A stretch of DNA of 36,425 bases from Hydrurus foetidus (Eukaryota). The notes beneath the pieces are model-generated. The model saw nothing but the letters and a program-made list of their open reading frames with translations, did no database searches and was not told the DNA's origin. The stretch covers positions 1 to 36,425 of the forward strand of contig UYFQ01000137.1 of NCBI GenBank assembly GCA_900617105.1. The letters run 5' to 3'. The position numbers and the translations under genes are program-made. The first letter of the stretch is position 1; each line of letters starts with the position of its first letter. Positions 10,193 through 24,200 of this stretch are shown here, one piece after another.

Positions 10193-11359
10193 TACGTGTA
10201 TGCGTACGTGACATGGGTACAAGTACATGAGTGCCAAACCCTAAGTGGTCTGTATACGTGATACGTCGTACGAGTGTGGGTAACAACTCACTTGAGTTCC
10301 TATGATGACATGCATTGGTACTTAGTCGATACGTACGTGACAGACTGTGGGTACAACTTACTGAGTGCCTATGCACCATAGTCAACGGTATGTACGTGAT
10401 ACGTAGTGACAGAGTGTGGGAACAACTTACTGAGTGCCTATGATGACGATAGTCATCGGTATGTACGTGATACGTACGTGACAGAGTGTGGGTACAACTT
10501 ACTGAGTGCCTATGATGACGATAGTCATCGGTATGTACGTGATACGTACGTGACAGAGTGTGGGTACAACTTACTGAGTGCCTATGATGACGATAGTCAT
10601 CGGTATGTACGTGATACGTACGTGACAGAGTGTGGGTACAACTTACTGAGTGCCTATGATGACGATAGTCATCGGTATGTACGTGAGCGTACGTGACAGA
10701 GTGTGGGTACAACTTACTGAGTGCCTATGATGACGATAGTCATCGGTATGTACGTGATACGTACGTGACAGAGTGTGGGTACAACTTACTGAGTGCCTAT
10801 GATGACGATAGTCATCGGTATGTACGTGATACGTACGTGACAGAGTGTGGGTACAACTTACTGAGTGCCATTACGATGATTCGGTAGTCATCGGTATGCG
10901 ACGTGTCATTACAGTACTGTGGACACCGTGTGAGACGATATGTCATCATAGGTCTGTTGTGATAGTCACGTGTAACAGAGTGTGGGTACAACTTACTGAG
11001 TGCCTATGATGACGATAGTCATCGGTATGTACGTGATACGTACGTGACAGAGTGTGGGTACAACTGACTGATGCCTATGATGTCGATAGTCATCGGTATG
11101 TACGTGAATACGTACGTGACAGAGTGTGGGTACAACTTACTGAGTGCCTATGATGACGATAGTCATCGGTATGTACGTGATACGTACGTGACAGAGTGTG
11201 GGTACAACTTACTGAGTGCCTATGATGACGATAGTCATCGGTATGTACGTGATACGTACGTGACAGAGTGTGGGTACAACTTACTGAGTGCCTATGATGA
11301 CGATAGTCATCGGTATGTACGTGATACGTACGTGACAGAGTGTGGGTACAACTTACTGA

Positions 11360-11510
11360 GAGCCTCCAATGATAGGTCTTATGTTTCCCATTACTATGTT
11401 CCATAACTTGAGGGAAAAGGATAATTCTCCCATTAAAAGGGGTAGTTTAGGGTAAATTCGAACCTACCTATGAATAATTATATGGAAAACTTACGTGAGA
11501 GTGTGTTGTG
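11360..11510. repeat. AT-rich non-satellite interruption, copy 1
   Basis: Contains GGGTAGTTTAGGGTAAATTCGAACCTACCTATGAATAATTATATGGAAAAC, similar to 14416-14468. Confidence 0.65.
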
Positions 11511-12535
11511 AACTTACTGAGTGCCTATGATGACGATAGTCATCGGTATGTACGTGATACGTACGTGACAGAGTGTGGGTACAACTTACTGAGTGCCTAT
11601 GATGACGATAGTCATCGGTATGTACGTGATACGTACGTGACAGAGTGTGGGTACAACTTACTGAGTGCCTATGATGACGATAGTCATCGGTATGTACGTG
11701 ATACGTACGTGACAGAGTGTGGGTACAACTTACTGAGTGCCTATGATGACGATAGTCATCGGTATGTACGTGATACGTACGTGACAGAGTGTGGGTACAA
11801 CTTACTGAGTGCCTATGATGACGATAGTCATCGGTATGTACGTGATACGTACGTGACAGAGTGTGGGTACAACTTACTGAGTGCCTATGATGACGATAGT
11901 CATCGGTATGTACGTGATACGTACGTGACAGAGTGTGGGTACAACTTACTGAGTGCCTATGATGACGATAGTCATCGGTATGTACGTGATACGTACGTGA
12001 CAGAGTGTGGGTACAACTTACTGAGTGCCTATGATGACGATAGTCATCGGTATGTACGTGATACGTACGTGACAGAGTGTGGGTACAACTTACTGAGTGC
12101 CTATGATGACGATAGTCATCGGTATGTACGTGATACGTACGTGACAGAGTGTGGGTACAACTTACTGAGTGCCTATGATGACGATAGTCATCGGTATGTA
12201 CGTGATACGTACGTGACAGAGTGTGGGTACAACTTCTGAGTGCCTATGATGACGATAGTCATCGGTATGTACGTGATACGTACGTGACAGAGTGTGGGTA
12301 CAACTTACTGAGTGCCTATGATGACGATAGTCATCGGTATGTACGTGATACGTACGTGACAGAGTGTGGGTACAACTTACTGAGTGCCTATGATGACGAT
12401 AGTCATCGGTATGTACGTGATACGTACGTGACAGAGTGTGGGTACAACTTACTGAGTGCCTATGATGACGATAGTCATCGGTATGTACGTGATACGTACG
12501 TGACAGAGTGTGGGTACAACTTACTGAGTGCCTAT

Positions 12536-12676
12536 TCACGGTAACGTAAAAAGTTTACCGTATAAGTACGTGCCATAAAATATGCGGTAAAGGTAAATTG
12601 TGCCTATAAAGACGTAGTGTAGGGTATGTGACGTTACCATGATAATTATACGGGAAACGTGTGCGTGGTGTGTAGC
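12536..12676. repeat. AT-rich non-satellite interruption, copy 2
   Basis: GTAACGTAAAAAGTTT...TATGCGG...TTACCATGATAATTATACGGGAAACGTGT is shared with 14351-14482. Confidence 0.65.
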
Positions 12677-14350
12677 TGAGTGCCTATGATGACGATAGTC
12701 ATCGGTATGTACGTGATACGTACGTGACAGAGTGTGGGTACAACTTACTGAGTGCCTATGATGACGATAGTCATCGGTATGTACGTGATACGTACGTGAC
12801 AGAGTGTGGGTACAACTTACTGAGTGCCTATGATGACGATAGTCATCGGTATGTACGTGATACGTACGTGACAGAGTGTGGGTACAACTTACTGAGTGCC
12901 TATGATGACGATAGTCATCGGTATGTACGTGATACGTACGTGACAGAGTGTGGGTACAACTTACTGAGTGCCTATGATGACGATAGTCATCGGTATGTAC
13001 GTGATACGTACGTGACAGAGTGTGGGTACAACTTACTGAGTGCCTATGATGACGATAGTCATCGGTATGTACGTGATACGTACGTGACAGAGTGTGGGTA
13101 CAACTTACTGAGTGCCTATGATGACGATAGTCATCGGTATGTACGTGATACGTACGTGACAGAGTGTGGGTACAACTTACTGAGTGCCTATGATGACGAT
13201 AGTCATCGGTATGTACGTGATACGTACGTGACAGAGTGTGGGTACAACTTACTGAGTGCCTATGATGACGATAGTCATCGGTATGTACGTGATACGTACG
13301 TGACAGAGTGTGGGTACAACTTACTGAGTGCCTATGATGACGATAGTCATCGGTATGTACGTGATACGTACGTGACAGAGTGTGGGTACAACTTACTGAG
13401 TGCCTATGATGACGATAGTCATCGGTATGTACGTGATACGTACGTGACAGAGTGTGGGTACAACTTACTGAGTGCCTATGATGACGATAGTCATCGGTAT
13501 GTACGTGATACGTACGTGACAGAGTGTGGGTACAACTTACTGAGTGCCTATGATGACGATAGTCATCGGTATGTACGTGATACGTACGTGACAGAGTGTG
13601 GGTACAACTTACTGAGTGCCTATGATGACGATAGTCATCGGTATGTACGTGATACGTACGTGACAGAGTGTGGGTACAACTTACTGAGTGCCTATGATGA
13701 CGATAGTCATCGGTATGTACGTGATACGTACGTGACAGAGTGTGGGTACAACTTACTGAGTGCCTATGATGACGATAGTCATCGGTATGTACGTGATACG
13801 TACGTGACAGAGTGTGGGTACAACTTACTGAGTGCCTATGATGACGATAGTCATCGGTATGTACGTGATACGTACGTGACAGAGTGTGGGTACAACTTAC
13901 TGAGTGCCTATGATGACGATAGTCATCGGTATGTACGTGATACGTACGTGACAGAGTGTGGGTACAACTTACTGAGTGCCTATGATGACGATAGTCATCG
14001 GTATGTACGTGATACGTACGTGACAGAGTGTGGGTACAACTTACTGAGTGCCTATGATGACGATAGTCATCGGTATGTACGTGATACGTACGTGACAGAG
14101 TGTGGGTACAACTTACTGAGTGCCTATGATGACGATAGTCATCGGTATGTACGTGATACGTACGTGACAGAGTGTGGGTACAACTTACTGAGTGCCTATG
14201 ATGACGATAGTCATCGGTATGTACGTGATACGTACGTGACAGAGTGTGGGTACAACTTACTGAGTGCCTATGATGACGATAGTCATCGGTATGTACGTGA
14301 TACGTACGTGACAGAGTGTGGGTACAACTTACTGAGTGCCTATGATGACG

Positions 14351-14482
14351 TAACGTATAAGTTTCATATAATTGTTTACGTGATATATGCGGGACAAGGA
14401 AAATTCCATAGAAACGGGTAGTTTGGGTAAATTTCGAACCTTACCATGAAATAATTATATGGGAAAACGTGTTAGCGTTCGT
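14351..14482. repeat. AT-rich non-satellite interruption, copy 3
   Basis: (G)TAACGTATAAGTTT...TATGCGG...GGGTAGTTTGGGTAAATTTCGAACCTTACCATGAAATAATTATATGGGAAAACGTGT. Confidence 0.65.
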
Positions 14483-17400
14483 GAACTTACTGAGTGCCTA
14501 TGATGACGATAGTCATCGGTATGTACGTGATACGTACGTGACAGAGTGTGGGTACAACTTACTGAGTGCCTATGATGACGATAGTCATCGGTATGTACGT
14601 GATACGTACGTGACAGAGTGTGGGTACAACTTACTGAGTGCCTATGATGACGATAGTCATCGGTATGTACGTGATACGTACGTGACAGAGTGTGGGTACA
14701 ACTTACTGAGTGCCTATGATGACGATAGTCATCGGTATGTACGTGATACGTACGTGACAGAGTGTGGGTACAACTTACTGAGTGCCTATGATGACGATAG
14801 TCATCGGTATGTACGTGATACGTACGTGACAGTAGTGACAGAGTGTGGTACAACTTACTGAGTGCCTATGATGACGATAGTCATCGGTATGTACGTGATA
14901 CGTACGTGACAGAGTGTGGGTACAACTTACTGAGTGCCTATGATGACGATAGTCATCGGTATGTACGTGATACGTACGTGACAGAGTGTGGGTACAACTT
15001 ACTGAGTGCCTATGATGACGATAGTCATCGGTATGTACGTGATACGTACGTGACAGAGTGTGGGTACAACTTACTGAGTGCCTATGATGACGATAGTCAT
15101 CGGTATGTACGTGATACGTACGTGACAGAGTGTGGGTACAACTTACTGAGTGCCTATGATGACGATAGTCATCGGTATGTACGTGATACGTACGTGACAG
15201 AGTGTGGGTACAACTTACTGAGTGCCTATGATGACGATAGTCATCGGTATGTACGTGATACGTACGTGACAGAGTGTGGGTACAACTTACTGAGTGCCTA
15301 TGATGACGATAGTCATCGGTATGTACGTGATACGTACGTGACAGAGTGTGGGTACAACTTACTGAGTGCCTATGATGACGATAGTCATCGGTATGTACGT
15401 GATACGTACGTGACAGAGTGTGGGTACAACTTACTGAGTGCCTATGATGACGATAGTCATCGGTATGTACGTGATACGTACGTGACAGAGTGTGGGTACA
15501 ACTTACTGAGTGCCTATGATGACGATAGTCATCGGTATGTACGTGATACGTACGTGACAGAGTGTGGGTACAACTTACTGAGTGCCTATGATGACGATAG
15601 TCATCGGTATGTACGTGATACGTACGTGACAGAGTGTGGGTACAACTTACTGAGTGCCTATGATGACGATAGTCATCGGTATGTACGTGATACGTACGTG
15701 ACAGAGTGTGGGTACAACTTACTGAGTGCCTATGATGACGATAGTCATCGGTATGTACGTGATACGTACGTGACAGAGTGTGGGTACAACTTACTGAGTG
15801 CCTATGATGACGATAGTCATCGGTATGTACGTGATACGTACGTGACAGAGTGTGGGTACAACTTACTGAGTGCCTATGATGACGATAGTCATCGGTATGT
15901 ACGTGATACGTACGTGACAGAGTGTGGGTACAACTTACTGAGTGCCTATGATGACGATAGTCATCGGTATGTACGTGATACGTACGTGACAGAGTGTGGG
16001 TACAACTTACTGAGTGCCTATGATGACGATAGTCATCGGTATGTACGTGATACGTACGTGACAGAGTGTGGGTACAACTTACTGAGTGCCTATGATGACG
16101 ATAGTCATCGGTATGTACGTGATACGTACGTGACAGAGTGTGGGTACAACTTACTGAGTGCCTATGATGACGATAGTCATCGGTATGTACGTGATACGTA
16201 CGTGACAGAGTGTGGGTACAACTTACTGAGTGCCTATGATGACGATAGTCATCGGTATGTACGTGATACGTACGTGACAGAGTGTGGGTACAACTTACTG
16301 AGTGCCTATGATGACGATAGTCATCGGTATGTACGTGATACGTACGTGACAGAGTGTGGGTACAACTTACTGAGTGCCTATGATGATGATAATCGATAGT
16401 CATCGGTATGTACGTGATACGTACGTGACAGAGTGTGGGTACAACTTACTGAGTGCCTATGATGACGATAGTCATCGGTATGTACGTGATACGTACGTGA
16501 CAGAGTGTGGGTACAACTTACTGAGTGCCTATGATGACGATAGTCATCGGTATGTACGTGATACGTACGTGACAGAGTGTGGGTACAACTTACTGAGTGC
16601 CTATGATGACGATAGTCATCGGTATGTACGTGATACGTACGTGACAGAGTGTGGGTACAACTTACTGAGTGCCTATGATGACGATAGTCATCGGTATGTA
16701 CGTGATACGTACGTGACAGAGTGTGGGTACAACTTACTGAGTGCCTATGATGACGATAGTCATCGGTATGTACGTGATACGTACGTGACAGAGTGTGGGT
16801 ACAACTTACTGAGTGCCTATGATGACGATAGTCATCGGTATGTACGTGATACGTACGTGACAGAGTGTGGGTACAACTTACTGAGTGCCTATGATGACGA
16901 TAACGTCATCGGTTTACGTATAAGTACGTGCCATAAAATGTGGGTACAACTTACTGAGTGCCTATGATGACGATAGTCATCGGTATGTACGTGATAAGTA
17001 CGTGAAGAGTGTGGGTGAACTTACTGAGTGCCTATGATGACGATAGTCATCGGTATGTACGTGATACGTACGTGACAGAGTGTGGGTACAACTTACTGAG
17101 TGCCTATGATGACGATAGTCATCGGTATGTACGTGATACGTACGTGACAGAGTGTGGGTACAACTTACTGAGTGCCTATGATGACGATAGTCATCGGTAT
17201 GTACGTGATACGTACGTGACAGAGTGTGGGTACAACTTACTGAGTGCCTATGATGACGATAGTCATCGGTATGTACGTGATACGTACGTGACAGAGTGTG
17301 GGTACAACTTACTGAGTGCCTATGATGACGATAGTCATCGGTATGTACGTGATACGTACGTGACAGAGTGTGGGTACAACTTACTGAGTGCCTATGATGA

Positions 17401-18258
17401 CGATAGTCATCGGTATGTACGTGATACGTACGTGACAGAGTGTGGGTACAACTTACTGAGTGCCTATGATGACGATAGTCATCGGTATGTACGTGATACG
17501 TACGTGACAGAGTGTGGGTACAACTTACTGAGTGCCTATGATGACGATAGTCATCGGTATGTACGTGATACGTACGTGACAGAGTGTGGGTACAACTTAC
17601 TGAGTGCCTATGATGACGATAGTCATCGGTATGTACGTGATACGTACGTGACAGAGTGTGGGTACAACTTACTGAGTGCCTATGATGACGATAGTCATCG
17701 GTATGTACGTGATACGTACGTGACAGAGTGTGGGTACAACTTACTGAGTGCCTATGATGACGATAGTCATCGGTATGTACGTGATACGTACGTGACAGAG
17801 TGTGGGTACAACTTACTGAGTGCCTATGATGACGATAGTCATCGGTATGTACGTGATACGTACGTGACAGAGTGTGGGTACAACTTACTGAGTGCCTATG
17901 ATGACGATAGTCATCGGTATGTACGTGATACGTACGTGACAGAGTGTGGGTACAACTTACTGAGTGCCTATGATGACGATAGTCATCGGTATGTACGTGA
18001 TACGTACGTGACAGAGTGTGGGTACAACTTACTGAGTGCCTATGATGACGATAGTCATCGGTATGTACGTGGTACGTACGTGACAGAGTGTGGGTACAAC
18101 TTACTGAGTGCCTATGATGACGATAGTCATCGGTATGTACGTGATACGTACGTGACAGAGTGTGGGTACAACTTACTGAGTGCCTATGATGACGATAGTC
18201 ATCGGTATGTACGTGATACGTACGTGACAGAGTGTGGGTACAACTTACTGAGTGCCTA

Positions 18259-21200
18259 TTCATGATGATAATCATCGGTATGTACGTGGTCAGTACGTGC
18301 CAGAGGTGGGTGCATAACTGAGTGCCTATGATGATGATAATCATCGGTATGTACGTGGTCAGTACGTGCCAGAGTGTGGGTGCAACTTACTGAGTGCCTA
18401 TGATGATGATAATCATCGGTATGTACGTGGTCAGTACGTGACAGAGTGTGGGTGCAACTTACTGAGTGCCTATGATGATGATAATCATCGGTATGTACGT
18501 GGTCAGTACGTGCCAGAGTGTGGGTGCAACTTACTGAGTGCCTATGATGATGATAATCATCGGTATGTACGTGGTCAGTACGTGCCAGAGTGTGGGTGCA
18601 ACTTACTGAGTGCCTATGATGATGATAATCATCGGTATGTACGTGGTCAGTACGTGCCAGAGTGTGGGTGCAACTTACTGAGTGCCTATGATGATGATAA
18701 TCATCGGTATGTACGTGGTCAGTACGTGCCAGAGTGTGGGTGCAACTTACTGAGTGCCTATGATGATGATAATCATCGGTATGTACGTGGTCAGTACGTG
18801 CCAGAGTGTGGGTGCAACTTACTGAGTGCCTATGATGATGATAATCATCGGTATGTACGTGGTCAGTACGTGCCAGAGTGTGGGTGCAACTTACTGAGTG
18901 CCTATGATGATGATAATCATCGGTATGTACGTGGTCAGTACGTGACAGAGTGTGGGTGCAACTTACTGAGTGCCTATGATGATGATAATCATCGGTATGT
19001 ACGTGGTCAGTACGTGACAGAGTGTGGGTGCAACTTACTGAGTGCCTATGATGATGATAATCATCGGTATGTACGTGGTCAGTACGTGCCAGAGTGTGGG
19101 TGCAACTTACTGAGTGCCTATGATGATGATAATCATCGGTATGTACGTGGTCAGTACGTGCCAGAGTGTGGGTGCAACTTACTGAGTGCCTATGATGATG
19201 ATAATCATCGGTATGTACGTGGTCAGTACGTGCCAGAGTGTGGGTGCAACTTACTGAGTGCCTATGATGATGATAATCATCGGTATGTACGTGGTCAGTA
19301 CGTGACAGAGTGTGGGTGCAACTTACTGAGTGCCTATGATGATGATAATCATCGGTATGTACGTGGTCAGTACGTGCCAGAGTGTGGGTGCAACTTACTG
19401 AGTGCCTATGATGATGATAATCATCGGTATGTACGTGGTCAGTACGTGCCAGAGTGTGGGTGCAACTTACTGAGTGCCTATGATGATGATAATCATGTAT
19501 GTACGTGGTGCCAGAGTACGGTGCAAGTACGTGGTGCCTATGATGATGATAATCATCGGTATGTACGTGGTCAGTACGTGCCAGAGTGTGGGTGCAACTT
19601 ACTGAGTGCCTATGATGATGATAATCATCGGTATGTACGTGGTCAGTACGTGCCAGAGTGTGGGTGCAACTTACTGAGTGCCTATGATGATGATAATCAT
19701 CGGTATGTACGTGGTCAGTACGTGACAGAGTGTGGGTGCAACTTACTGAGTGCCTATGATGATGATAATCATCGGTATGTACGTGGTCAGTACGTGCCAG
19801 AGTGTGGGTGCAACTTACTGAGTGCCTATGATGATGATAATCATCGGTATGTACGTGGTCAGTACGTGCCAGAGTGTGGGTGCAACTTACTGAGTGCCTA
19901 TGATGATGATAATCATCGGTATGTACGTGGTCAGTACGTGCCAGAGTGTGGGTGCAACTTACTGAGTGCCTATGATGATGATAATCATCGGTATGTACGT
20001 GGTCAGTACGTGCCAGAGTGTGGGTGCAACTTACTGAGTGCCTATGATGATGATAATCATCGGTATGTACGTGGTCAGTACGTGCCAGAGTGTGGGTGCA
20101 ACTTACTGAGTGCCTATGATGATGATAATCATCGGTATGTACGTGGTCAGTACGTGACAGAGTGTGGGTGCAACTTACTGAGTGCCTATGATGATGATAA
20201 TCATCGGTATGTACGTGGTCAGTACGTGCCAGAGTGTGGGTGCAACTTACTGAGTGCCTATGATGATGATAATCATCGGTATGTACGTGGTCAGTACGTG
20301 CCAGAGTGTGGGTGCAACTTACTGAGTGCCTATGATGATGATAATCATCGGTATGTACGTGGTCAGTACGTGACAGAGTGTGGGTGCAACTTACTGAGTG
20401 CCTATGATGATGATAATCATCGGTATGTACGTGGTCAGTACGTGCCAGAGTGTGGGTGCAACTTACTGAGTGCCTATGATGATGATAATCATCGGTATGT
20501 ACGTGGTCAGTACGTGACAGAGTGTGGGTGCAACTTACTGAGTGCCTATGATGATGATAATCATCGGTATGTACGTGGTCAGTACGTGCCAGAGTGTGGG
20601 TGCAACTTACTGAGTGCCTATGATGATGATAATCATCGGTATGTACGTGGTCAGTACGTGCCAGAGTGTGGGTGCAACTTACTGAGTGCCTATGATGATG
20701 ATAATCATCGGTATGTACGTGGTCAGTACGTGCCAGAGTGTGGGTGCAACTTACTGAGTGCCTATGATGATGATAATCATCGGTATGTACGTGGTCAGTA
20801 CGTGCCAGAGTGTGGGTGCAACTTACTGAGTGCCTATGATGATGATAATCATCGGTATGTACGTGGTCAGTACGTGCCAGAGTGTGGGTGCAACTTACTG
20901 AGTGCCTATGATGATGATAATCATCGGTATGTACGTGGTCAGTACGTGCCAGAGTGTGGGTGCAACTTACTGAGTGCCTATGATGATGATAATCATCGGT
21001 ATGTACGTGGTCAGTACGTGCCAGAGTGTGGGTGCAACTTACTGAGTGCCTATGATGATGATAATCATCGGTATGTACGTGGTCAGTACGTGACAGAGTG
21101 TGGGTGCAACTTACTGAGTGCCTATGATGATGATAATCATCGGTATGTACGTGGTCAGTACGTGACAGAGTGTGGGTGCAACTTACTGAGTGCCTATGAT

Positions 21201-24200
21201 GATGATAATCATCGGTATGTACGTGGTCAGTACGTGACAGAGTGTGGGTGCAACTTACTGAGTGCCTATGATGATGATAATCATCGGTATGTACGTGGTC
21301 AGTACGTGACAGAGTGTGGGTGCAACTTACTGAGTGCCTATGATGATGATAATCATCGGTATGTACGTGGTCAGTACGTGACAGAGTGTGGGTGCAACTT
21401 ACTGAGTGCCTATGATGATGATAATCATCGGTATGTACGTGGTCAGTACGTGCCAGAGTGTGGGTGCAACTTACTGAGTGCCTATGATGATGATAATCAT
21501 CGGTATGTACGTGGTCAGTACGTGACAGAGTGTGGGTGCAACTTACTGAGTGCCTATGATGATGATAATCATCGGTATGTACGTGGTAAGTACGTGACAG
21601 AGTGTGGGTGCAACTTACTGAGTGCCTATGATGATGATAATCATCGGTATGTACGTGGTCAGTACGTGACAGAGTGTGGGTGCAACTTACTGAGTGCCTA
21701 TGATGATGATAATCATCGGTATGTACGTGGTCAGTACGTGACAGAGTGTGGGTGCAACTTACTGAGTGCCTATGATGATGATAATCATCGGTATGTACGT
21801 GGTCAGTACGTGACAGAGTGTGGGTGCAACTTACTGAGTGCCTATGATGATGATAATCATCGGTATGTACGTGGTCAGTACGTGCCAGAGTGTGGGTGCA
21901 ACTTACTGAGTGCCTATGATGATGATAATCATCGGTATGTACGTGGTCAGTACGTGACAGAGTGTGGGTGCAACTTACTGAGTGCCTATGATGATGATAA
22001 TCATCGGTATGTACGTGGTCAGTACGTGCCAGAGTGTGGGTGCAACTTACTGAGTGCCTATGATGATGATAATCATCGGTATGTACGTGGTCAGTACGTG
22101 ACAGAGTGTGGGTGCAACTTACTGAGTGCCTATGATGATGATAATCATCGGTATGTACGTGGTCAGTACGTGACAGAGTGTGGGTGCAACTTACTGAGTG
22201 CCTATGATGATGATAATCATCGGTATGTACGTGGTCAGTACGTGCCAGAGTGTGGGTGCAACTTACTGAGTGCCTATGATGATGATAATCATCGGTATGT
22301 ACGTGGTCAGTACGTGACAGAGTGTGGGTGCAACTTACTGAGTGCCTATGATGATGATAATCATCGGTATGTACGTGGTCAGTACGTGACAGAGTGTGGG
22401 TGCAACTTACTGAGTGCCTATGATGATGATAATCATCGGTATGTACGTGGTCAGTACGTGACAGAGTGTGGGTGCAACTTACTGAGTGCCTATGATGATG
22501 ATAATCATCGGTATGTACGTGGTCAGTACGTGACAGAGTGTGGGTGCAACTTACTGAGTGCCTATGATGATGATAATCATCGGTATGTACGTGGTCAGTA
22601 CGTGACAGAGTGTGGGTGCAACTTACTGAGTGCCTATGATGATGATAATCATCGGTATGTACGTGGTCAGTACGTGCCAGAGTGTGGGTGCAACTTACTG
22701 AGTGCCTATGATGATGATAATCATCGGTATGTACGTGGTCAGTACGTGACAGAGTGTGGGTGCAACTTACTGAGTGCCTATGATGATGATAATCATCGGT
22801 ATGTACGTGGTCAGTACGTGCCAGAGTGTGGGTGCAACTTACTGAGTGCCTATGATGATGATAATCATCGGTATGTACGTGGTCAGTACGTGACAGAGTG
22901 TGGGTGCAACTTACTGAGTGCCTATGATGATGATAATCATCGGTATGTACGTGGTCAGTACGTGCCAGAGTGTGGGTGCAACTTACTGAGTGCCTATGAT
23001 GATGATAATCATCGGTATGTACGTGGTCAGTACGTGACAGAGTGTGGGTGCAACTTACTGAGTGCCTATGATGATGATAATCATCGGTATGTACGTGGTC
23101 AGTACGTGACAGAGTGTGGGTGCAACTTACTGAGTGCCTATGATGATGATAATCATCGGTATGTACGTGGTCAGTACGTGACAGAGTGTGGGTGCAACTT
23201 ACTGAGTGCCTATGATGATGATAATCATCGGTATGTACGTGGTCAGTACGTGACAGAGTGTGGGTGCAACTTACTGAGTGCCTATGATGATGATAATCAT
23301 CGGTATGTACGTGGTCAGTACGTGACAGAGTGTGGGTGCAACTTACTGAGTGCCTATGATGATGATAATCATCGGTATGTACGTGGTCAGTACGTGACAG
23401 AGTGTGGGTGCAACTTACTGAGTGCCTATGATGATGATAATCATCGGTATGTACGTGGTCAGTACGTGACAGAGTGTGGGTGCAACTTACTGAGTGCCTA
23501 TGATGATGATAATCATCGGTATGTACGTGGTCAGTACGTGACAGAGTGTGGGTGCAACTTACTGAGTGCCTATGATGATGATAATCATCGGTATGTACGT
23601 GGTCAGTACGTGACAGAGTGTGGGTGCAACTTACTGAGTGCCTATGATGATGATAATCATCGGTATGTACGTGGTCAGTACGTGACAGAGTGTGGGTGCA
23701 ACTTACTGAGTGCCTATGATGATGATAATCATCGGTATGTACGTGGTCAGTACGTGCCAGAGTGTGGGTGCAACTTACTGAGTGCCTATGATGATGATAA
23801 TCATCGGTATGTACGTGGTCAGTACGTGCAGAGTGTGGGTGCAACTTACTGAGTGCCTATGATGATGATAATCATCGGTATGTACGTGGTCAGTACGTGA
23901 CAGAGTGTGGGTGCAACTTACTGAGTGCCTATGATGATGATAATCATCGGTATGTACGTGGTCAGTACGTGACAGAGTGTGGGTGCAACTTACTGAGTGC
24001 CTATGATGATGATAATCATCGGTATGTACGTGGTCAGTACGTGACAGAGTGTGGGTGCAACTTACTGAGTGCCTATGATGATGATAATCATCGGTATGTA
24101 CGTGGTCAGTACGTGCCAGAGTGTGGGTGCAACTTACTGAGTGCCTATGATGATGATAATCATCGGTATGTACGTGGTCAGTACGTGCCAGAGTGTGGGT

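Larger units (their letters stand above)
10193..18258. repeat. 72-bp tandem satellite, sub-family A (~110 unit lengths including interruptions; first ~200 bp garbled)
   Basis: Unit GTGACAGAGTGTGGGTACAACTTACTGAGTGCCTATGATGACGATAGTCATCGGTATGTACGTGATACGTAC, essentially invariant between interruptions. Confidence 0.98.

Noticed and set aside
10236..11452. Telomeric motifs AAACCCTAA (~10236) and TTTAGGG (~11446)
   Set aside because: Single copies within garbled sequence, not tandem.
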